A DNA stretch of 32,000 nt from Wallemia ichthyophaga EXF-994 (Eukaryota; Fungi; Basidiomycota): positions 309,656 through 341,655 of the forward strand of contig NW_008806275.1 in the NCBI RefSeq assembly GCF_000400465.1, given 5' to 3'. This document shows positions 22,921-32,000 of this stretch, one piece after another (within the stretch, counting starts at the first letter, position 1; the number at the start of each line of letters is the position of its first letter). The position numbers and the translations under genes were made by a program. The notes under the pieces are model-generated. The model made no database searches. It had not been told where the DNA came from and worked only from the letters and a program-made list of their open reading frames with translations.

Positions 22921-25900
22921 ATGCCCAAAAAGCGCTCGCTGAAACCAGTGAACCGTGGCTTTGCAACTACATCCGTACAAAAGAAGCCTGAAGATCCTAA
23001 ACCTGTCGTTGAGGCCCCGCAAGCTCCCGCGCCCGAAGACAGGCCGTCGACACCGCTTTCAACGAGCCAGCAACCCATCAACGACGATATCGTGCAGCAG
23101 TACTACTCCAAGGTACTCAAGGATGTTGAGAGGAACGTTAAAGGTATTGATTATGATAGAAAGCTCGCGAAACAGCTCCCAACTCTTCAGCTTAATGATA
23201 TCAACTACAAAGAATTCGTACCGACATTCAGCTGCGACGATAGCCACATAGACAGTAATGACAAGATATTTCACAAGCTTGGAGTTACTTACAATACTTT
23301 GAAGAGGCTGGGATTCACCCATTCGCTAGTAGTTGACTCTTTTAACGCTACAAACTCATTTGACCTGCAAAACGCTTTGGTATGGGTGAGTACTACGTGC
23401 TGCAATTACAATAACTTCTCACTAATCTCCGCAGCTTGCATTCAACGTCTCTGATGAGCAACTCAACGATACTGCGTACACGACAATTCCGCCTTCTCCT
23501 CCGAAACCACTCCCAACGCCTACTCCGCCAGCCTCTTCAACGCCCAAAAAGACTTCTGGTACTGCTAGTCCCTCGTTGACCCCTTCCAAGCCCAGCAAAC
23601 CCGCCTTCGATGTTCCTCAAATTACCCTGTCCGATGACGACCAACTCGAGCCTACACAAGCATACGTCCGCTTCAAGCTGGAGCTCGACGATGCAGAGCG
23701 GGCTGCAGGTATCGTCAAGAAGAAGAAAAAGTCTAAGGCCGATGACTGTTCTGATCCGCAAGTGATAGCTTTAAGGGCAGTTGTCGATCAGTTGCAAGGA
23801 ATGTATCTATTTGATAAGAAAGACGCCGACAATGCTTACAGGGAACAAAGAAATGAGCTCGACAAGGAGCTTCTCCAAGAACGACTGAAACAACCGCAAC
23901 CACAGCATCAACAGCAACCACCTTCACCCACGCAGGAGAATAAAAAATCTGCTGATCCTGTTGAAGAAGACATGGGCGATCTCTTCAAGGAAGAAGAACA
24001 AGAAGAGCTCACACCTAGCGGTAATCCTATGCCTGTCATTGACATGACTCTTCCAAGACAAATATCTGCGCGCTCAATGCCAAAGACTATCGTTGAAGAA
24101 ACAATCATCAAGATCGACAAGTCTGCTCAGTCTTACTTTTTGATCGTATCTAAGGGATCTCGTGCTATCAGAGCATCAGGTTTTGTTCAATGGGGTTTAG
24201 AGTTTCAATACGCACGTGATGAGCACGAGATGGTTGACGTCGGCTGCCAGAATGACACACAGGCTATTAATTACGTCGCGTTGATGCTACTTCACAAGGT
24301 TTATCTCAAGCATCCAGCGGCATGTACTTTCAAGCACTCACAATTCCCACTTTCATTCCAGGAGCTGTGGGCAGAAGTTGAGAACAAGCGTAAAACTGAG
24401 GAAAGCGCTAAACAGAGCGAGGAATACCTAATGCTGAAGCAATACTTTGATGAAAAGATGGAAAGTGCACCATCTAAATACAAATCGACACCAAAAGCGA
24501 CCAAAACCAACGCAACTGATGGAGAATCTCTTTCACACTCCCAAAAGAACTCTGTATCGAGAAAAGACAGCAAGTTGCAGGAAATCTTTGAACAAAGGCA
24601 GCGAACAGAAGCTTATCAAACCATGTTACAGTCGAGAAATACACTTCCAATAGCTTCCTATCGTGAGGAGATCCTTAACACAATCAACTCCTCACAGGTC
24701 ATGGTCCTCAGTGGTGAAACTGGCTGTGGCAAGTCTACCCAACTTCCTGCGTTCATTTTAGAGGATGCTCTGAGCAAGGGCGAAAAATGCAAGATCTACT
24801 GTACCGAGCCTAGGCGTATATCTGCCATATCCCTTGGATCTAGAGTTTCTGCTGAGTTGGGTGAAAAGCCGGGTACTTTAGGTGGACCGGAGTCTCTTGT
24901 CGGTTATGCCGTACGATTGGAGAGCCATATTGGTAAATCGACGCGACTGGTATATGCCACGAACGGTATTGCATTGCGTATGCTTGAATCAAGCAATGGT
25001 CCAGACGGAAAGAGTGCCTTTGATGATCTCACTCATATTGTCATTGACGAAGTACACGAGCGCTCTATTGAGTCAGACTTTTTGCTCATCGTGCTGAAGT
25101 CTTTACTTCAGCAACGCAAAAACCTCAAGATTATTCTCATGAGTGCGACTGTTGATTCCAAAAAAATTAGCTCGTACTTTGGTGGATGTCCTGTTATTAG
25201 CGTACCAGGACGTACTTTCCCCGTAGATGTTTGCTATCTCGAGGATGCCATCGAATTTAGTGGTTTCAGAATCGATGAAACCTCGCAGTATGCTCGTAAC
25301 CAATATGACCGAATTGCTAACAAGGGAAAATCACAAATAGCGGAGTGGAACGAGGATGAAGACGATGAAGAGAATAACAGTGGAACATCTACACCAAAGG
25401 ATCAAAGCGTTTCATCGGCTTTGCCTAAGCTGAGCCCAGACACATTCACGACTCTCAATCTTCTCAACGAGTATTTGATTCCGTATGATCTGATATTAAA
25501 GACTTTGGAAAGGCTCAGTACGGATGCTCAATGGATTCATTATTCTAGCGCAACACTCATTTTCATGTCTGGTATGGCAGAAATAAGACGTATGAATGAT
25601 ATGCTGCAAGAGCATCCGCTGTTTGGTGATAGCTCACAGTTTAACATTTACCCGTTACATTCCAGTATTGCCTCTGACAAGCAGGGTGCAGTTTTTGACA
25701 TACCACCACCAGGAGTTCGTAAAATTGTCATTGCTACAAACATTGCCGAGACTGGTATCACCATTCCAGACGTGACATGTGTCATTGATACTGGTAGACA
25801 TCGCGAAATGAGATTCGACGAGAAGAGACAGATCTCACGTCTTCTGGATTGCTTCATCGCCAAGTCGAATGCTAAGCAGAGAAGAGGTAGAGCCGGTAGA

Positions 25901-27337
25901 GTAAGAGAAGGTCTTTGTTTCCACCTTTTTACTCGTGATAGGTTTGAGAATGGGCTTTCCGATCATCCTTTGCCCGAAATGACTCGTCTTTCATTGCAAG
26001 ATCTCGCTCTCAGGATTAAAATAATGAATGTTCAGATAGGATCATCGATTGAGGACGTACTTATGCGCGCACTGGATCCACCTACCTCGATCAATATCCA
26101 AAGAGCGATTTCGTCCCTTATTGAAGTCAAGGCGCTTAAGTCCAATGAAGAAATCACTCCGATGGGTCGCATATTGTCAAGACTGCCAGTCGATGTTCAT
26201 ATTGGAAAGTTTTTATTATTTGCGGTTATATTCGGTTGCCTCGACTCTGCGCTTACAATTGCTGCAACTCTTAACTCGAAGTCACCATTTGTTACGCCGT
26301 TTGGTCATGAAACTGAGGCTATGAATGCCAAGAAGGCTTACAACGAAGGTAGTCAGTGATTGAGCTTGCTGTAGCTTTTGCTGACGAACTTTGACCAGGT
26401 AACTCTGACTTTGTTATTATTGTCAAGGCATACAATGGTTGGAGACAGGCATTAAAAAATCAAGGATGGGCATTTATGAAGAGGTATTGCGATCAAAATT
26501 ACCTGAGTTTGCAGGTGAGTGTTGATTTTTCATCATGATTACAACTAACGTGTACCTCAGAACCTCCAATCAATCGAAGAATTAAGAATACAATTAATGT
26601 CTTATTTGATTGACGCAAACTTTGTTAGTCTGAATCATAAGCAAATGCGAGAGCTTAATGCGTAAGTAGGATCAGATAAAGTAATTCGCCTCTAACAGCA
26701 CAGTGCTCGCATGGTTCGCACAGGAAGAGGGTCATTAAAGTTTTTCGATATCCCCGAGGAGCTTGACTATAATGCAGGAGATTATTCCATTCTCCATGCA
26801 GCCATTGCGGCTGGACTATTCCCCAAGATGATATCATTAGACTGGTATACGAAGACGATGAAGACGATTCAAAACAATGCGGTAGTTTCTATACACCCTT
26901 CATCGCCTAATTTCAAAGTAAAGTGAGTGAGGTAAAAGAAATATCTCAATGAAACTAACTGGGAACAGATGGCAAGAATTTGGGTCGACATTCCTTTGCT
27001 ATTTCACACTTTTGCAATCGAGGAAGCTTTACGCTCATGAGGTTGCACCTATAGATATCATGGCATTGATACTGTTGTGCGGAGATATAGATTTGAAGGT
27101 GAGGAGGGATCAGAGCATGTGAAGAAATCAACTGATAATGTACAGATGACTTCAAACACGATACAAGTACATAACAAAGTGAAAGTATCACTTGATCTAC
27201 GCACTTGTGCGCTTCTTGCAAGTCTGCGTGAAGGGTTGCAGTCGGCAGCAAACGCAACGATCAGAGGAAAGGAGTGGACGTCGTATCAAACGCACGCATT
27301 TAGAACTGCATTAGACGTTTTGAAAGGCACACATTGA
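22921..27337 (+). CDS. DEAH/RHA RNA helicase, DHX29/DHX57-like (multi-exon)
   Basis: MPKKRSLKPVNRGFATTS, GETGCGKSTQ, TEPRRISA, DEVHER, MSAT, PLHS, ATNIAETGITIPDV, QRRGRAGRV, and the HA2 domain TPMGRILSRLPVD. Confidence 0.92.
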
Positions 27338-27569
27338 TGTATTTATCGAGCACAATTTACATATAGATGGTATTTATAATATAAATTGCGTATGAGACCT
27401 ATCGGTGAGCAAATTTTAAAAAGCAAAGATAGCAAATGAAAGATAGAGGGATGCTAGAATGAGTACCATAGAATGTATTCGGAGCGCCGCTATTGACATA
27501 TTCAAGCAATTTTTACTCGGAAAAAGAAGAGCCCGCGACTTGAACTTGCACCATCATAAGGAATTGGAC

Positions 27570-29287
27570 ATGTGCGGTATAATTGGTCTGGTATTACAAG
27601 ATACCAACGTAGCTGTGTCACCAGAGCTGTAGGGTGCTTATACTTATTCCGCCTCAGCTGACGGACTCAGTGCTGAAGGCTTGTCGCTGTTACAGCACAG
27701 AGGACAAGACGCATGTGGAATAATAACATGTGGACCACGCGGTAGACTCAACCAAGTCAAGTCGAATGGCATGGTACGTGATGTCTTTGACAACCAAGCC
27801 ATTTCAACTCTCCGCGGATGTATGGGCATTGGTCATGGTGAGTTTTATGGAATTGGCAGTCTCAATTGCTCATTACCGCTATTACAGTTAGATACCCTAC
27901 TGCAGGATCATCTGCTCAAGCTGAAGCTCAGCCTTTCTACGTCAACAGCCCATACGGTATCACATTCGCTCATAACGGCAATTTAATCAACACAGAAGAA
28001 CTTAAAGAATTTCTTGATCAAGATGCACACAGGCATATTAACACAGATTCTGATTCTGAGATGTTGCTCAACATATTCGCTGACAACCTCCAACAAACTG
28101 GCAAATTCCGTATCAACGAGGAAGATATTTTCACTGCCGTCAGAGACCTCACTCGTACATGCAAAGGTGCATACGCTTGCGTTGCGATGATCGCTGGTTT
28201 CGGTATCGTTGCTTTTAGAGATCCAAACGGTATTAGGCCCCTTGGTTACGGTGTTAGAGCTGCTGGAGAGCCAGTCGATGGAATGAAATCACCTCAAGGC
28301 GATAAACAAAAGACTGGTCTTGATTATGTCTTTGCTTCTGAATCTGTCGTTTGTGATGCGTTAGGATTCACTGATTGGGTGGATGTTAAGCCAGGTGAAT
28401 GTATGATCGTTACTAGACATTCAGTATCTAGAAGGCAAGTTGCCGAACCAGCAACATTCGCACCAGATATATTTGAATACGTTTACTTTGCCAGACCTGA
28501 TTCTGTACTCGATGGTATCAGTGTCTATCGTAGTAGAATGGGCATGGGAGACACACTTGCGGATGGGGTCAGAAAGCAACTTCTCGATAAATCTTTGCCA
28601 GACAGTAGTTCAGTAGATGTCGTCATACCTGTTCCAGATACATCGAGAGTAGCAGCATTGCAATTGGCACAGAACCTTCGCATCCCTTACAGAGAAGGTT
28701 TCGTCAAGAATCGCTACGTAGGTCGTACTTTTATCATGCCAGGACAGCAACAACGTCGTAAGAACGTTCGTCGTAAATTGAACGCTATGGCACTCGAGTT
28801 CTCTGGAAAGAATGTTTTGCTTGTTGATGATTCGATAGTGAGAGGAACAACATCAAAGGAAATTATTCAAATGGCGCGTGATGCGGGTGCAAAGAACGTG
28901 TTCATGGCATCTTGTGCACCAGCTATCAGATATTCCAACGTATACGGAATAGACATGCCAAACCGTAAAGAGTTGGTTGCACATGGCCGTACAGAGGAGC
29001 AAGTGGCAGAATACATTGGTGCAGACAAGGTAATATTCCAGACACTGGATGGACTGGTAAAGTCATGCAGCAGTCTAAATGAAGATATTCAACACTTCGA
29101 TTGCTCAGTATTTACGGGCAAATATATCACGGGTGGTGTTGATGTTGCCTACTTGGAGCATCTCGAGAACTTGCGCGCGGATAATGTGAAGAATAAGGTT
29201 ACGACAGAGGAGGCAGTATCACCAGCCTGTTCTGGACCAATGAATGGAGCGGATGATAACATAGGGCTTGCGAATCAACGTCGTTAA
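27570..29287 (+). CDS. ADE4: Amidophosphoribosyltransferase (2 introns near the 5' end)
   Basis: MCGIIG N-terminal Cys, LQHRGQDACG, GIGHVRYPTAG, AHNGN, DIFEYVYFARPDS, LLVDDSIVRGTTS and YGIDMP. Confidence 0.97.
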
Positions 29288-29453
29288 AATTTGCATCTTT
29301 TGGGAAATTAAAAAAAAACCTAGAGATATAGAAAAGGCCATTGATTGTAGTGATAGTATTGATTTGTATAAAAAGTAAAATTGATTAAATCCAATTGCCG
29401 ATTTTCAATTTTCACTGGCTGCGTGCCTTGTTCAGCACTGCCAAGTTGGAGAT

Positions 29454-31959
29454 ATGAAGATAGCGCTGCTTCCGCTGATAGCGCATACGCTTGTACACGG
29501 CTACAATATACCAGCGCAGAAGAACTATCAGACGCATGATTACTACGTGGTACAAAGTCATCTCGACAGCTCAGAGATGTCGTCGGCGTTGGAAGCGTTC
29601 GGAGAAGAATATGGGATGAAATTCGTAGAGAATGTTGGGGAACTGGACAACCACCACTTGTTTAAGGTTGATAAGGGACGCTCGCTCGATGATTTGCACT
29701 CTTCATTATCAAAGAGGGATCATTATCCATTCAGATCACTCACATATCAGCAACCACGCCAGAAACTACACAAGCGTGCCCCGTTACACCCAGATACAGA
29801 TTCTGCCCGTGTGGCTCAGTCGCTCGGTATCAATGATCCAATTTTCGCAGATCAGTGGCATTTGGTTAATGATAAAAAGCCTGAACACTCGATAAACGTT
29901 GCCCCGGTTTGGCAGCAAGGTATCAAAGGTCAGGGTGTTAGAGTCGCTGTCGTCGATGACGGTCTCGATATCCATTCAGAGGATCTGTCTCCTTCTTTCG
30001 TAAGCTGATTCACTCGCTATTATCCAACTAATTCCTCCACTTTCAAAGTTCCCCGAAGGTTCCTGGGATTTCAACGACCACACCGCCTTACCTATACCCC
30101 GCCTGAGAGAAGACTCCCATGGTACTCGATGTGCGGGTGAAATAGCTGCTGCCAGCAATGACGTCTGTGGTGTTGGTGTCGCATATGAATCCAAAGTCGC
30201 TGGTATCCGTATCCTATCAACTCCCATCTCAGACGCAGATGAAGCCACTGCATTGAATTATGCCTACCAGCTAAATGATATTTACTCCTGCTCGTGGGGA
30301 CCTCCAGACGATGGTAGATCAGTTGAAGCTCCCAGTGATCTCATCGCCAAAGCGTTCGTTAATGGTGTACAAAGGGGTAGATCAGGAAAAGGCTCCCTCT
30401 TCGTCTTCGCTTCTGGAAATGGTGCTGCTAGTGACGATCAGTGTAACTTTGACGGTTACACAAATAGTATTTATTCAATAACTGTTGCTGCTATTAGCAG
30501 AGACGGCACACATCCTTATTACTCGGAAGCATGCACAGCAAATTTGGTTGTCACATATAGCTCTGGTAGCAATGACAGCATTCATACCACAGATGTAGGT
30601 GCGAACGCTTGTACATCTAGACATGGAGGTACGTCAGCCGCTGCACCAATAGCAGCTGGTATCTATGCCTTGGTTCTTCAGGTAAGACCAGATTTGGGTT
30701 GGAGAGATCTTCAGCATCTCTCTGTTAATACTGCTGAACCTATTAATCTTGAAGAGGATGGTTGGGCTCCTACCGCTGCTGGTAGGATGTACAATAACCG
30801 CTACGGTTACGGTAAACTCAACACTGAAAAGATCGTTGACGCAGCGCATAATCACAAATTAGTCAAACCTCAAGCCTGGTATGAAGCTCCAATCGTTAAA
30901 ATACCGAATGGAGTGAATATTGTCGGTCAACCGCTAAATGGTCAGTGGTACGAAAGCAATTTCCACTTGTCAGCCAATCGTATGCGTCATCACAACATTG
31001 AACGACTAGAGCATATTACTGCGACTGTTTGGATTGATCATGACAGAAGGGGTGACATTGAAGTAGAACTAATTAGTCCAAACAATGTGAAGAGCGTTTT
31101 AGCTAAACCAAGGAGGTATGATGGCTCTACTGAGGGACTGAATGGATGGAAGTTTATGTCGACGAAACATTGGGATGAGAATCCCGTCGGTGACTGGAAA
31201 ATTAGGGTTAAGGATGGATTCCACCCAAAGAAGCGTGGTAACTTTAAAGCTTGGTCTATAGGATTCTGGGGTGAAGCCGCAGATGCAACAAAGGCCGTTG
31301 ATTATGTTTTACCTTTTGAAAGACCAGAAGGGGATTCAGATAACGGCGATGATGATGATGATGATGATGATGATAATTCTAGCTCAGATATGCCAGAGTA
31401 TCTCGGACCAAGTACAACTTACCAAAGACCAAAGCCAACAGATCATCTTCCTGAAGATCATCATGAAGCAGGCGATGAAATTCCAGAGTCATCATATACC
31501 CCGACACCTGATGAAGGATATCTGGACAACTCAACATTCCTACTAAATCATCAAAGTTGGTTGATAGGCGCTGCACTTGCGGGACTTTCACTCGTTGCAG
31601 CAGTTGGTACAGTGTGGGTGATTAGAAGAAAGAAAGCACAAGAGTTGGCACGTGCTGATGAAGATAGCCGCGGAGTGTATGCATCACTGAATCAAGGAGG
31701 TGGTGATAGTCATAGAATGACAGAATTTTCATCGAATAACGGTGGAAGGACGAGAGAACTGTACGATGCATTCAAACTCGCGGATAGCGATTCGGAGGAA
31801 AGTGATGAGGATAATGGTAAAAATGAGGAGTACAAGGATGAGGATGAGACGGAGCGGGGTGATGAATCACAGGTGCTGTATGACAAAGACGATGGCACTG
31901 GAAATGTACACAATGAAGCCCAAACTAGCTCAAAACCGTGGAATGAAGAAGAACGGTAA
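29454..31959 (+). CDS. KEX2: Kexin/furin-like proprotein convertase (intron 30000-30048)
   Basis: Signal peptide, propeptide ending KLHKR, catalytic VVDDG, HGTRCAGE, GNG and GGTSAAAP, P-domain LEHITATVWIDH..RGD, transmembrane segment WLIGAALAGLSLVAAVGTVWVI, acidic tail. Confidence 0.96.
31348..31374 (+). repeat. (GAT)n coding microsatellite, poly-Asp in Kex2 linker
   Basis: gatgatgatgatgatgatgatgataat. Confidence 0.85.
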
Positions 31960-32000
31960 TAAACCAAACTTAAAGATAAATTTCTTGTATTAGATGATTT

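Overview
Gene-dense fungal genomic DNA, most likely a basidiomycete. The short GT-AG introns (mostly about 45-60 nt) and tiny intergenic spaces resemble Wallemia, but that assignment is an inference. About 14 ordinary host genes are present: INO1, a secreted RlpA/DPBB protein, an NBR1-like PB1-ZZ3-FW protein, DDX41-like helicase, a URI/Bud27-like protein, an unknown conserved protein, an F-box-like protein, cyclophilin, NOP10, class IV chitin synthase, PAC2, DHX29-like helicase, ADE4 and KEX2. The first 2.2 kb is the unusual part. It holds an uninterrupted 287-aa minus-strand ORF with the full motif order of a Fanzor1/TnpB RuvC-zinc-finger module, but with two of three RuvC catalytic residues replaced and no N-terminal lobe. 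Downstream of that ORF lies a ~340-bp noncoding element. A diverged second copy sits 21.5 kb away, and the two share a hairpin with compensatory substitutions. Upstream of the ORF is a candidate structured ncRNA. All alignments and folds were done by eye.
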